Source: Amoeboaphelidium protococcarum X5 (Eukaryota > Fungi > Aphelidiomycota). Taken from it: 64,000 nucleotides of DNA. Location of the stretch: the NCBI GenBank assembly GCA_023515725.1, contig JALDTO010000237.1, forward strand, positions 124,001-188,000, written 5' to 3'. The notes under the pieces were generated by a model, which was not told the DNA's origin, searched no databases, and saw only the letters and a program-made list of their open reading frames with translations. The translations under genes and the position numbers were made by a program. Each line of letters starts with the position of its first letter. The stretch's first letter is position 1. Of the stretch, positions 39,268 through 53,334 are shown piece by piece.

Positions 39268-39697
39268 TCTCACTTTTACAAATACTCTTTCAATGAGACC
39301 ATCTTCTTTTTACCTTGATTCTGTGAGTTGATAATAGCGTTCAATCTTTAATGTAATTTGATGCTTAGTTGCTGAAAGCATCTTTATTTTGCTCTTTCAT
39401 TATAATAGCAAGGGGAAAGCACCAGTTCAAAATTATTGAAGAGTAAACTACAGATCTACAATATATATTTAAAACGACAAATCATTGGAGTTTAGAGAAG
39501 AGGCCTGTTTTTACTGAATTCCCAGGGACCCCGGCAAGGTCGACTTCAAATGACAGGAGGACATCAAACATTCTATCCGAAATCATCTACATTACCAATG
39601 AATTCCTCAACATGCCATCGGTAGAAGTACGGCAAACTGTTTATCACTATGAATATTTCATCCACACGCTCTGATGAAAGCACTCGCATAAGCAGCA

Positions 39698-41110
39698 TCA
39701 ATTACTGGACTCGAATACCGAAAAATTGGCAGCCACTCTCTATACCAGCTCTCTGTCATGAGTGGCTGTGCTACCAACTCGCAAAGGGAAGTAGCACTTT
39801 GAACAGAGGTAGCCATCTCTCCGACGGATTTCCGGCTTGTTCTAGCAGTCGGCAACAAAGTGATCACCGAGACAGAAGAGACATTTCCCAACCAAATGTG
39901 GACATGCATAATCCATATGCTAGTCATCCGCTTCCTGTAAGTGCAGGCAGATAAGGCACTTACCCTCCATCAAATGAGCCGCCATCTTCCAGCTACCAGA
40001 GAATTTGACAATTTACTACCTTGCTTCTTCTGCTGCAAGGTAGGCATCCAGTACTATACCAGGAACAACGCCAACTCTTCCTTCCAATGGCTATGGAGGA
40101 CCAGCCAGGCAGACATCGCACGGTTCTACTTCCTACTCCAAGCAGGTTTCAACCGTCTCATCATCACACTCCAGGCTTATCAGCTACCTGCGGCAGAAGA
40201 TTTCATTCTCACAGTAGTTGGCTAGACTTGCAAGCTTTGCCTCATCTCTCTAGTGGCTTCTGCATCCGTTATCCACCAGCAGGCAAAGAGTAGGATCACC
40301 ATCGCGTCCACCGCGTCCAGCCTCCTGGATGTAGTCCAGAAAGGTGTAGCTTGGACCACCGTGTATGACATTACGAATGTCAGGAATGTCCACGCCAACG
40401 CCAAAGGCACTAGTGGACACTACCACCATCAGCTCACCAGACTTAAACTTACGGACAATTTCCTTCTTCTTGTCCTACTCCACAGCTGAGTAGTATGGTT
40501 GGACACTGCCAGCAGCAAGAACATCCTGGCGGTAGGCAGCCATTATTATATCTCTCGCCATAGCTATAACCTGCCTGACCGTTGTGCAGAACACCAGAGA
40601 CTTTTAACCAAATCTCAACGCATCTACAAATTGGCGGATCACCAGAGGCTTCATCTCTCCAGTTCCAGTACGGACAACTCTGTATCTGTGGTTAGGGCGT
40701 GTGTTCTACACCCTCACCACGTTAAACTGCACCTTGAAGAGCTCATTTAGCTATGGAATCATTTATAGAGGTACTGCAGCAGACATGGTTAAAAGCGGAA
40801 CCTTGCAGACACGGAACAGCCCAAGATCCTTCATGCAACCACGGAAGCTCGCCCACTAGATAGAGGTGTGGACTTCATCCATTACTACAGCTTTAAACCG
40901 ACCAGCAAAATATGTCGACCTACGACTCGGGGGGAGACGCAAATGCAAAGCTACTTGGACCGCACAAAACTCTCGTTCTGCTCAAAAAGTTCCTGATCAA
41001 GCAGCTGATATGGTGATAAGGGGCGATGGTGGAGGTGCCTTCCTGAACGCCCAACAAGCAGACACAAAATAGCAGACTCTTGCCAGTGCAGCTTCTCCAA
41101 AACAAGTAGA
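39698..41110 (-). pseudogene. Degenerate RecQ-family SF2 helicase (telomere-linked-helicase/transposon-type) with C-terminal Cys/His clusters
   Basis: The open frame 39698 to about 40918 gives VVMDEVH, WASFR, VFCTT, STSAFGVGVDIPDIRNVIH, YIQEAGRGGRDG and RQC-type CRRQLI...C....PCDVC. The motif I remnant TGKSLLF lies upstream in another frame. Confidence 0.85.
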
Positions 41111-41278
41111 ACTAAGAACCGAACGCAAATCTCCAGCATAGACATTTTAAACATAAATGTGCAGAGCCAAAAGGTTAAGCGAGTAAATGTGGAGTAATGT
41201 TTGCACCTTGAGCATACAGTATATTTCGTCTTATACTTACTACCACCATGTAACTCTAACACAGAGCACCATCAGCTA

Positions 41279-42423
41279 CCGTCCGCGCAAAAATTTTGAC
41301 CGGTTTGCGAAAAAACGAAACATTGATTATAAATTTATTATCACTCAATAACCTGTATGACCTCCAGATTTTTGCACACATATAGCAAGACGTCTTTACG
41401 CACTCTCAGCTAATTTTTCAGCTAATTCGAGCTCCAGATTGTTCCATATGTCGAATATCTGGTCAATCAGCTCATTTTTCGATGAAGGCCCACCGTATTT
41501 TTTTCCCTCCTAGCTTTTATAATAGCCCAAAGATTGTCAATAGGATTAAGATCCAGCGATTGCGGCGGCCAGGGCATTGTCTAGAGGTCGATTTGTTCAA
41601 AATACTCGGTAACGACCTTCGACTTATGGCAGGGGGCGTTATCCTGCATAAACACCATATCTTCGCCCAAATCTTTTTCCAATGCCTTCTTAGCAGGTAG
41701 TAGATTGTGCTTAATGGTTTTCATGTATTATTCACTATCCATTGTCCCATCAACCACCACTAAAGGTCCAAATCCGTACTTGCTAAAGCAGCCCCAAAAC
41801 ATGACGCTGAATCCACCCTATTAAAACTTGAAGTTTCGGACTCTGAGGGATCTATACGGCCATTTCTGGTCCAGCATACAATATCCTGGTTGTTGGGAGC
41901 CTGCTTTACCAAAGTTTCATCGGACCATATGACCAAGTCCCAGCGCCAATCCTCTTTAGAGAGGTATTCCTTCGCAAATTGAAATCTCTTTTATTGGTTT
42001 ACACTATTCATGAACTGTCTCTATACCATAATGCGACATTCGAAGCCTAAATCCTTCATCATATTGCGTATAGTGGACGGGCTGGGAACCTCAGCATCTT
42101 GGAAACCAGCCTACTTCAGAAGAGCAGGGATGTCTCTATAGGCAGTATACTTATTTTGAGATAGTATTGACTTTAGAGCACGCGTCAGATTTCCTTATTA
42201 GAGGCGTTTACTGATGATTGGCTTTTCGCCCAAATCAGCCTCCTCGCGCAATCTCTTGTATTTACTCCGCACTGCTTCACCCGATTTTTCTAGAAGAAAT
42301 CCTATATCCTTCCAAGATAGCTCAAAATTCCATGCCCGTTCAATAATATCTATTTCCTGCTATGTGTAAGTCATGATTCGTTTTCAAGAAAAGTGAGACC
42401 GGTCAAAATTTTTGCGCGGACGG
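41279..42423 (-). mobile_element. Tc1/mariner (IS630-Tc1) DNA transposon, 1145 bp, 26-bp perfect TIRs, TA target duplication
   Basis: CCGTCCGCGCAAAAATTTTGACCGGT at 41279-41304 and its exact reverse complement at 42398-42423, flanked by TA at 41277-78 and 42424-25. Confidence 0.97.
41345..42374 (-). pseudogene. Tc1-like transposase with one frameshift (about 41820-41880), DD34D triad
   Basis: IWSDET, VMFWGCF, FMQDNAPCH and WPPQSLDLNPIDNLW. The ATG-to-TGA span is 1030 nt (3n+1), with the frame change between WSDET and GGFSVMFWG. Confidence 0.9.
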
Positions 42424-42945
42424 TACTAGAGATTTACCAAAAAAGCAACGACAGGCCAAGAGATTGAAACTTCAAAGTATATCAGCCACAGCAAGCATTA
42501 TCAGAAATAGTACAGATAAAAGAGATGGGAGGTTAAAGAGAGCCAACTAAACCATCAGCGAATTTAATTATAACCGGTTGTTCTATCTGTTGAAACGAGG
42601 CGTTTCAGTCGAGCGCGCGCGTGTTGTTATGGTTGCGTTTCATACAGCAGTCGCTCAGATATCATTGTGCTCACTTACACGTTATAATATTTTACCAAAA
42701 CTCATTGAGCGATGGTACAATTGATGATGAATACAATTATAACATTTATATATGAGAAAATAATAGCGTCTCTGTTTCGATAAAGTCAATAGTCGACCGA
42801 CTTCAGTACTATACTACAGCACGATTCATTCGAGCTCTCACCATCTATCCTTAAATCACATACTGTACTATAAATACTCAACTTTATTTTAGAAAAATAT
42901 CAAACAATCAAATATCGTTTTTAAAACTATATAGAACTTCATTGA

Positions 42946-45900
42946 TCATTGAGCAAATGTCAACTTTTGATCCGTGTTCATGGTATCCCGATTCTTGCCG
43001 CTCTTGAACTGTGTGTAAATCTCAGAGAGCCGCTCATACTCGTCCTCGTTCAGGGATAGCTAGACATCAGCAATGGCATCTAGTAGAATCTCAGCAGTCA
43101 CCACGAAATCTTCGTCTGCCGGAGAATCTACAGGGGATAATAGTGAATTCTAATTCAATTGATTGTTCTAACCTCCAGCAAGGCCTCCAAACTTACGCTT
43201 CACACGCGTTAGACGAGACTCCGAACCAACTCCAGTCATTTTAAGCTTAGCATCCAGATCATCCTTACCATTCTTGCTGGCAGACTAAAACTTTTCATAC
43301 ATCAAGAACAAATTCGTTATTAAAGCTTTACAATCGGCTCCAGTCCAGCGTTGCATCAAGTGAAGGTAATCCTTCAGCTATACACTGCGATGTAATTAAA
43401 TCTGGTCATCATTGAGCTCGAGCATTTTCTACAAGATATCAAGTAGCTCATCTTCTGTCGGCACATCACACAGAATCTACTTTTCTAATCGCCCAGGTCT
43501 CAGCAATGCCTGATCGATCAAATCGGGGCGTGAAGTGGCACATACAACATATACGCCGCGTAATTCATCAGCGCCATCGAGAAGAGTGAGCAGTTGATTT
43601 ACAATACGATCAGATATTCCAGAATTATCATGTCCTCTCACGCCAGCGATGGATTCAAACTCATCGATAAACAGAATAGATGGTGCGCAAGCTCTAGCTT
43701 GACTAAATATGTCCCTCAGCATCGACTCACTCTATCCAACGTACTTGTTCATAATCTCTGGCCCATTCAGTGAGATGAAATTCAGTCCAGGCAGCGACTC
43801 CAATGACGATGCAATAAGAGTCTTTCCGCAACCAGTGTAACCATAGAGAAGGATACCATTACTAAGTTTGATAGGAATTTGCTGATAGATTTTACCATAT
43901 CTCACTGGCCACACAATAACTTCTCCCAGTTACTTTTTCACCTAAAACATTCCACCAACCTGATCAAATGACACTGATGATTTCTTTTCCAGAGACAAGC
44001 CAGACTAAGAACGTACCTGCTCTATAGCCTATCTTATCTTAGACAATGTCAAACCAGATTCTGATTACGTAGATCTATTACGACATAATACAGCTACTGA
44101 TTTGATATGGGACGGTAGAAAACCGTGCATCTTATCCACCAAACTACGATAGTCAATATCGCTACGTAGGTGTTCAACCAGAGCCTTGAGTTGACTTTAT
44201 AGAATGGCGACTTTTTCATCGTCATTTGGAGCAGTAAGGAGAACATTATGCTTAAAAAAATTTGATTCAGTCAAATGAGAGCACATACTGCTCTTACTAG
44301 ACACGGTGGCAACGATCATCACCCGATTATACTGCAGACAATTTATCAAACAAACCGAAAGCTGAGTGCCCATAATATCATTACTTATCAAAAGATCCAA
44401 ATCATCCAAAAGTAGTATCGATGGAGCATTACATAAGGACACTCGGATCAAATCATCAATGGATTACTTTACATCATCCAGTTTATCACTGACCAGAGAA
44501 TCCGCTTGGACTTTCATACAAAAGACCCCGTTGTCTTGAGATAGAGCTCTAATACAATCCAAAGCAGCACTTTTTCCACTACCACTTTGTCCTTCAATCA
44601 ATACCGTAAATGCTGAAGACATCTTGTCGCATACAAAAGGCCAAGCTCCGACTTTATCAGCCAGAGTCTAAATGCTAGAAGTGACACAATACTCCTACTT
44701 TGACAGACTCCTCTAGTTCTTAGCCATTGTACCATTCAAATCCAGTATAGCAGGGCGCAATGTAATCGGAATCTAATCAATGACGCCAGATTCCACCAGC
44801 ACAGCAGTGTTCAAATCAAAACTATCAGGATCACTAGCGTTAATAATCTCGAGAGAAGCCGTCACTTCAATCTCATCAGATAATTTAAAATTGACACCAT
44901 CATTCAAAACCTTAATGCTCTTGACATACTGCCTGAATAGATTGATAATATTCTGTTATGCTGGGATACTATACTGTTCAGATTCAAGAGAGACACCGAC
45001 CAATTTCAAGGCACTGGAGAGATGATAACGAGCTTACACGCGTAAAATCTATCCAACCTATGCATTCATATGATCCAAAACGTTACGTGGTAGATAAATG
45101 CAATCTTCATTTACATTTTTATCATATTAGACGTGATCGACAAAAGAAGCGAAATTTTTACGCAGAGAATACTTGGCCTGGACAGATAAATGTACAAGTG
45201 CTCCATCAAGATACTTGCGGCCCATTAAGATTTTATCACCAGAGCCATTCTAAATGCGCAAATCCATCAATATCAGCTGCTCAGAGTCATCAGACTTAAA
45301 ATCTTGATCCTCCAATTATGGATATTCAATTTCAATTTCGCAGTCTTCACCCAAAATGAATGGTGACAAAGTATTATCACCATCCTATACCGCATCAAGA
45401 TCCTATCCACAAATATCAACAACTTCCACATTAACGCGCATGGATTAATTAATCCATACAGGGATCACCACTCCACACTACACAACGCGCACCTACTGTC
45501 TAAGAGAATCTTCCAAATGATCACTGAACTCACTCAGCACCTTGTAATCAGCTAGAGATTCAACACTGACTGTAACAGACTTGCAATGCTTGTTGATATC
45601 AGCAGGCTCTACGCGTATACTCTACGGCTTTTTAGACAGTTTATTCAGTTGAACATGACGCATGAAAGAACTAAGTAGATCATCAATACTGCGAACACCT
45701 TCGCCATTACCTAGAGATAAATCATTACCTGAAGAATCATTTAGTCCATTCAAATACATAAACTAAGAGTCAAGCTAAAACGCGGTACCAGAATCATCAT
45801 CTTACATAGTGCTGTACTGGCCATTCCATGACACGTACATGGACTATTCACCATCACTACCACTCACCCTGTAATACATACCAGCATCACCCCCAAGACT

Positions 45901-45963
45901 CTATGGCACTCTAATAAAGCAATCATTAAACTAAGCACCCTTAACAATATAATCCTTAGCCAT
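42946..45963 (-). CDS. PEX1: Peroxisome biogenesis AAA ATPase PEX1 (about 1005 aa)
   Basis: D1 has GSGKS and LLLDDLD. D2 has [49 protein letters not shown] and [18 protein letters not shown]. All in a single frame. Confidence 0.92.
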
Positions 45964-46242
45964 ATTAATCTCAATTAAACTAATAAATAAGTAGAAGTAT
46001 AATTACAGAAAACGCGTAAATTTAACAGATTATGACACTAAATAGACGGGCAGATATAGAGAAAAAGAGAGAGAGAGACGAGACTGACGAAAGAGCGCCC
46101 TCCTCTTGTGCTTTTCTGCTGTTTCTCGATTGACTCCCGGCCAGTTTCACTTCAACCTTTCTTCCTTTTCAAACACGAAAGCCGTTAAAGTTCTTACTTA
46201 GTCTCTAATTCAATTCATAATCTGCCTTATTAGTACTTGAAA

Positions 46243-49200
46243 ATGAAGAATTTGGTAGATCTTTCTATTGATGGAAGTGTTTTGAGAATCAATGGTATGT
46301 GTGTGTATTTGAATGATGGTCGCATTCAAGATTGTTAGTACCACCACCGCTTGAATTAATTGATTGTTGGAACTGAGTCAAAGATTTCAGTATTTACAGT
46401 AACTTTGAATACTCATTCTCATGGACAATTTGTTATTACTTAGTCTGATACTAAAGACTCAACTATGATAAGTATTGTGAGAGGCGATGATGGGATGTTT
46501 TAGTACTTGAACAATTGTGATTAATAAGATCGAATAAAGTTGGAGTTGGTGAAGGAGTGGCCCATTTATGACTCTTAGGTGCTTCATGTGTCTATTAATG
46601 ATTAGTATTATGGTTGGATGACTGATTGCGGGGTATACTTGCATTGTATTGAGAGTGCTTAGCTGCAGTTCAACAAAGTCTCTGTATAGGGCAACACTTA
46701 AGATTCTATGTGTTCATAGTTCTTTTAGTTGAATCCCACTATACACCGTGAGTATCTGTTATTACTGAATGGTTATGTTATGATTTGCAATATTCCATTA
46801 AAGTTGAATAAGCTTTTCAAGGCTGACTATCACAGATTTAAATTACTTAATGTTAGAGATGTAATTACGGCTAGATGGGATAAAGATGGCCACCTGCTTG
46901 TTCATACTAAAGTTGGTTAAATGCTTAAATATTAACGTTAAGTTATTAAAGGTGGCGATTATTAATATTTCAAAGTTATGAGATTAGATGCAAATGAATG
47001 GAGATCTGGTGATTATTAGATTGGTTGTATTAACAGTTTGCGGTTGCATTGTGGCAAGTTGTCTCATGAGAATTTGGATGCAGGTAGTTTATAACAGAAT
47101 GGTGATACTGAGGATGATTCAGATTAAGAGTTGGATGGGGATCTTGTTGTGATTATGGGAGATTATAATGAACTCTTTCAGGCTGTACATTTCAGTTTTA
47201 ACTCTAATGGCACATTCTTGTATTGGGGTGAACCGAAACGATCTCAGGTTTTGATTGATAGTCCATCTTAGTCTGATGGTAATGTGACTCGAGATTTGGA
47301 ATAATTCTAGATGAGTTAGTGTATGGTTATGGGATTAGTTTAGCGATTGAGTTTTACAGATTAGTAAGATTTGGTTAAATAGTTATGTACGAATCCGAGT
47401 GTCTATATGGGATACAAATAAAAGTAATACTACTTTAGGAATCGTATTGTTGATTTAATAGGTAATTATTGTGAGATTATATTCACGGTGGCTTTTGAAT
47501 TTAAGGAAGACAATGTCCCGCTAATCTAATTGTCATCTATCAGGCATGGTCAATACTGGAATGTGAATTCTATCGAATTAATTGATGAAAGACTATTCAT
47601 GGTGCACGGTGATGAATAATAAATAGCCTTGTATTTATAGAGAGAAAACGGCACTTAATAAAGAATATTGACTGCTCAGTGTCAAGATTACAAAATCAGT
47701 AATGGTAACTTGTATCTAAGACAGTTATCCGACGACCAGAAGTGTGTAGTTTATGTCTTTGAAGATTTGAAGCAAGGCTTGATGAAGGCCGTCGATGCAG
47801 TGAATTTTAATCCCGTAGACTCTATTGATTAGAAAGAAGTATTTTAGAGTATAATAGACACTAGAATGAACGGCTAAAATCCATTTGGTAGTGTCATATC
47901 AAAGAAGTGTTGTAGAAATGTATGTGCTGTTACGAATTAGAAAGATTAGAGTTTTCGTATTGATTTGATGATCTCAATTGATGATAGAGCGTCTCAAGGG
48001 GGCGTGAAATTGCTTAGTTGTCTTGTTCTGGACTAAGTGCCTCGAGATTATTCGATCTATGTCAATTCTTAATAAGAAGTGGTGCTGGCGGTGCTCGTCG
48101 ATTCAAGGACTTTGAGATTATTTAAATTGTAAAGTGATACTCTTACTGGTTATTAAAGCGACGTATTATCCTTCATTTGCGTAAAAGAGATTACTTTTGG
48201 CCATCAAGTTAATTCCATTTGCGTCACACATAGAGACTAGTTGGTTTATTCGGTGGATTCATCCCTTTTTCATTATAGCTACGATATTGGTAGGAGCGCG
48301 TTACCATTGTTTAGCCCTATATGTATGCTGTAGATGTTGAGATTTAATTGCGTCGAGAATTTGGACTGCATTCTGAAGAGCCTCCTTAATGCGCTTTAAT
48401 CCGCAGACTTTAACGCGTTAAAATAACTAGGCTACGATACTGTTTTTAAAATGGATGCTCAGAGGAAAAAGAAGTAAACTGTCACCACATTCTCCTTTTT
48501 TGACGATGATGATACGTCTGCTGATGTTGATTAAGGTGCTAGCGGGCAATCAATTTCCATGGACGAGTTAGTAACACTGAAAGAGCTTATACCAGATTCG
48601 CATGATTTGTATCAGGGAAAAGATTAAGAATGTGTTGGAACTTTGTTGTCCGTATATTCCGATGTATAGTAACTAAAATCTCTGTTTGATACGTGGGGAA
48701 GTAGATTCTATGTTGAGGCGAATCTATATCTGAATGGTCATAAAATGTAAATGTCGAGTTGCGATTACGTTTGGGCTTATAATGCCAAGAATCAGGATGT
48801 ACTTTGTGAACAAGTGTGGAAATTGTGTGGTTCAGTACAGTGGAAGTAGTTTAAGGAGATTGGGTTGCACTGGTGGGCCAAAGATGACAGCATTGTCATA
48901 AAGTATGCTGAAAAGCTGGCTAGAGACTTGTATATGCACGATGATCGCAAGAATCCTGTTGATTGCGCACTACTGTACATTGCTTTAGGAAAATAAAAGT
49001 TATGGGCTGGTCTGTGGAGATTAGCTCATGGCCATCCTGAGTAGGCAGCCATGCTAAAGTTCACTGCCAATAATTTCAACGAAGATCGCTGGAAAACCGC
49101 CGCCATTAAGAATGCATATGCTCTTTTAGGTAAATAGCGATACGAATATGCTGCAGCGTTCTTCCTACTTGGTGGTCAGCTAGATGATGCCTTGAATGTA

Positions 49201-49608
49201 TGCGTAAAGTAAATGTCTGATCTTGATCTGGCGCTATTGATTGCCAGAATCTACAGTGGCGGTGGTAATAATAATGTGCAGATAAATCAACTTAAGTAGA
49301 CCAAGCTGTAGAGTGCCTCTGAGTCTAGTGACGTGTGGTGCCAAATGTTGCTATCATAATAATTGCAGACTGTTACTGATACCGTTGGATTCCTGGCTGA
49401 CTTTTTACGATCCAATGCTGTTAATCCGTAGTTGCCCAATACCGCAGATGTAGAATATGCATTTTATGCCCACCAATTGAAGTTGAATGGTAGGTTGGCG
49501 TCTTACAATGATGAAGATTACGCTTACATTTTAAGGTAGTGCGCATTGAATTTGAAATTGCGTGGCAAGCATGATTTGGCCACATTCATATCAGAAAAGT
49601 GGTGTTGA
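46243..49608 (+). CDS. RAV1: RAVE complex subunit Rav1 / DMXL-like
   Basis: Rav1 C-terminal signature PVDCALLYIAL...GLWRLA.GHPEQ..MLKF.ANNFNEDRWKTAAIKNAYALLGKQRYEYAAAFFLLGG. Confidence 0.9.
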
Positions 49609-49827
49609 GTGAAGAGTGTAAATTGCTATAACACCGTAGTCGTCAGATTGATGGAGCTACGTTTGAAATCAAGATATTAAAAGAAGAAATTGAAATCAAT
49701 CCACCACGAAATTTCGCACCTCACACTTGGATTTTAATAGTATTATTTTTTATTTGTAGATTCATTTTATATTCTTTATTGCATATTTATATTAATACAT
49801 TTCATACAGTTGTCTAATCTGGCCAGT

Positions 49828-52272
49828 TCAAGTATTAGCCTTGAGCGAACTCAACTGTTTATCTTTTTCTTAAAGTTACATTCTCAGGTGGGCCACTTCA
49901 TCTTACAACTTCTTCAATTAATTTTACAGGTGTCCACCACCTCCACCACCATTACTACTACTACCTATACCGCTGTCGGCAAGATCCATATCAAATACAG
50001 GATTGTGCTGATGCTGATAGTTTCTACTACTGCTATTATTATCCAGTGAAGATTGAAATTTCTCGCGCACGAAATCATTACTGGACCATCTACGACCGAG
50101 ACGAGCAGTTACAGAAGAGATGCTACTCCTGAGCAGTTGTGGCTTCTCAACGGATGGTGTTTGGGCAGGTGATGGTGATTTAATACTCTGGAGAAGCTAC
50201 TCAATCTCCGTCAGAACATTAGCAGCGTCCAAATTTTCGCCATTCGAAGGCGTAACCATCTTCTCGATCAGATTGAACAATTGAGGATAATTGCGCTTCA
50301 AATCATCAGGTAGAATACCTTTACGCACCTACGTCAGAACAACAGCTCGTTCCATGCCAGTTCTAAATGGCTTCAGCAACTCAATAAACACCACGCCCAT
50401 AGCATAGATATCAATAAATGTAGATGGACTCTGAGCATTATAATTTGGCGCCATGTAGATATAGGTGCCTTCTTTATCTTGACTGTTGTTACCTGCCAGA
50501 GAGCCTCTTTAATGTGAAGATACTTATTACTACGCACCATCACCAATAATCGCTTTAGTAAGTCCGAAATCACTGAGGTACACTGTATTATTCTCCACAA
50601 AAATATTCTCAGGTTTAATATCGCGATGCACGAAACCTTTGGCGTGAATATACTGAACAGCATCAACAATCTACCGGAACAGGCTCAACACGTCAATTAA
50701 CTATTACTGCTATAAAGACTGGTTTACGTCAACTAGAGCATTTCTGGCACTCAGCCACCATCTCAAGTCTTTGGAATTACACAGTTGCATCTACAGATAC
50801 AGCGTGGAGACAATCTTGGGCTTCTTCCTGCGACTATTACGATTATGATCTTCATACGCAGGACAAGAGGGACGGCGATCAATCTGCTCCAACATCAAGT
50901 TCATACTTCCGGGTACATCATGCGATGCCATACGAGAACGGATCTTGGGTGCCTGAGACAGCTTACCATAAGATCTGTTGTTGAATCGAGACTATGGAGC
51001 AGAATTAGACAATTATAGCTATCGATGTTAGTTCGATGACGAAGCGGACGACGATGCCACCAGAGATGGTACAAAACTGTTGAAGAATAAAGATTCCCCA
51101 TCACCACTATCTACATGAGGCATACCAGCATTAAACCCAAAGTCATCATCTTCATCAGAGAAATGACTCGCCATAACTGCATCACCAACTTGTTGATTAG
51201 ATAAAGCATAATCTACGGGCGCACATTCAGTCCAAGCAGAGTAATAGCGCAATACATTCGGATGGTCAGAGATACGAGCAAATGCTTGCACCTCGCGTAA
51301 AAGCTTATCTTCATAGTAGAAGCGTTTAGCTGGGTCACTAGAGGTCTTCAACTTAATCTTCTTTATAGCATATTCCATACCATCAATACGATTAATCGCG
51401 CGGTAGACAACGCCGTAAGCACCTTTGCCAAGACATTCCAGCTCTGTAAACTCATTCTTGTAACGGCTCAAGGATGGCGTTGACTGGGATAGAGGACTAG
51501 AGATCTAACTAAGAGATCCACGATCAGATGCGACATTGAGACAATCTTGAGAGCAACTTTTATCTTCTTCAATGTTCACTAGAAAATACTGATCAGCTTT
51601 GACGATACTCAATACAGAGTAAACACCGTCAACTTCAACGTGGAATTGACGTTCAACAGGAGCTTAACCACTATTTTCTTCATCAGCCATGATACTAGCA
51701 ACTTGATCGCTTTACCTCCGGGCCAGACTATTATGATTATTATTATTACTACCACTATTATTCAATCTAGTAGAGGCGCGTGATGAAGAGTTACCACCAC
51801 AGCCGCTGGCACCGCTACCGCCTGTGATCTCGACGGGCTTGGCGCGAATTGAAACAGGCGACGATTGGCTTAAATCAGGCACAGATTGAGACGACGTGGT
51901 GGTAGAAGGCTAAGCTTGTGAAGTGACCAGACAACCCAGAGCTTGAGGTGCAATATCCTGGAATATATCATGCAAGAATGAGCCAGTCAGTGGAGTATTC
52001 AGGCCAACGTACTGTTCAAACGCCTGATTGCAAAACAAGCACATGAAGCTGACACTGAACAACGCCATGGGGTGTTTGATCGCACTCAGCACAGACTTGA
52101 AAGCCACCAAATTGTCACTATCCCTGCCACCATTAGGACTATCATCATTAGATTAAATAGCATTAGTTATCGCATTGAGTGATGCCTGTTTGAGACGAAG
52201 ACTCAGCTGAGATAACTGCGACTTTTACACACCAGCACCATTATTCTTAATTGGTTGTGACTACTAATCCAT
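49828..52272 (-). CDS. eIF2-alpha kinase family protein (HRI/PERK-like catalytic domain) with N-terminal PAS-like region
   Basis: [38 protein letters not shown], a large insert, LYL[TAG][38 protein letters not shown] and a C-terminal coiled coil. Confidence 0.9.
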
Positions 52273-53003
52273 ATTGATATTGATTATGATAAAAATAATG
52301 ATAATACTTGATACCAACGTTTTCTTGTTGTGTCAAATAATGCAAATAATTGAGTGCAATAATAGAGAGATAAGGGATGAGGAGAGCACACGTTGCAGAT
52401 TGTTGTGTTGTTGTTGTTTGTGCGTGTGTGATCAAATTGATCCTACAATTGGATGTAAATACTACTTTGAGAGAAAGTGGATGTGAATGCGTTGGAATCG
52501 CACGGAAGCGCTCTTTGTAAAATTCAAATTGAGGCGATTTGTGATTGGCTGGTCCGAATTCAAGTGAGAAAATAGCTGCGGCGCGTATCTTGTGATCCAG
52601 TCGAGCCTAGACAATTGGCATACGGTCATATGACCATTCGGGAAATTTTTTTATTAGACTACATTATCCTGCTTGCGTAATTCGATTCCTTTAAAACTTA
52701 TACTCATATTGCTCATGCTATCTCACATTTGAACTTCTATGCTTTTTGTCGACCGATTAGTTTCAAACAGCGTCAAGTCGCGTATGACTAATGCGAGTAA
52801 GAAATGTTGCAGCAATTGATTGGGCGCGTTAAATTGGCTGCCTTTCTGTTGTGTGTTCAACTATCAATATTCTCTCGTATTTCAACCTGATCATTTGTTA
52901 CAATTCCAAAGTCTTTCTTCGTTGAGCCTCCCCTCATTCCTCCTCTTTGAATAACGCGCTCTTTTCAAGATTAATATTTATAGGGAATTTAAAAACACAC
53001 ATA

Positions 53004-53237
53004 ATGGGTCGATTCTTTTGGGGATTTATCGTTGGTGGAATTAGTGGCGTGTATATAGCTTAAAATTACTAGGTAAGTTGATTTATCTAAGTTATCGAAT
53101 CTAAGTATTCCAGAAGTAATTGTTACTTGTAGGTGCCAGATGTGCGAAAAGTGGCCGCAGAATATTACGACAAGTTTATTTAAATGGAGAGGGAAGCACG
53201 AGAGAAGAGGGAAAGCGGTAATAAGCGTGATGATTGA
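53004..53237 (+). CDS. STMP1: Short transmembrane mitochondrial protein STMP1-like, one intron (about 53073-53132)
   Basis: After removing the GTAAGT..TAG intron it reads MGRFFWGFIVGGISGVYIA[TAA]NY[TAG]VPDVRK, matching the GxYxAQNYxVP motif. Confidence 0.75.
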
Positions 53238-53334
53238 TGATCAAACTTTTTATTTCTAAAGTATGCAGTCACTATGTATGTATTCGTGCATAGATTTCCC
53301 TTCCGTATCGTTGCTTCAATCTTCACAGTGCCTC

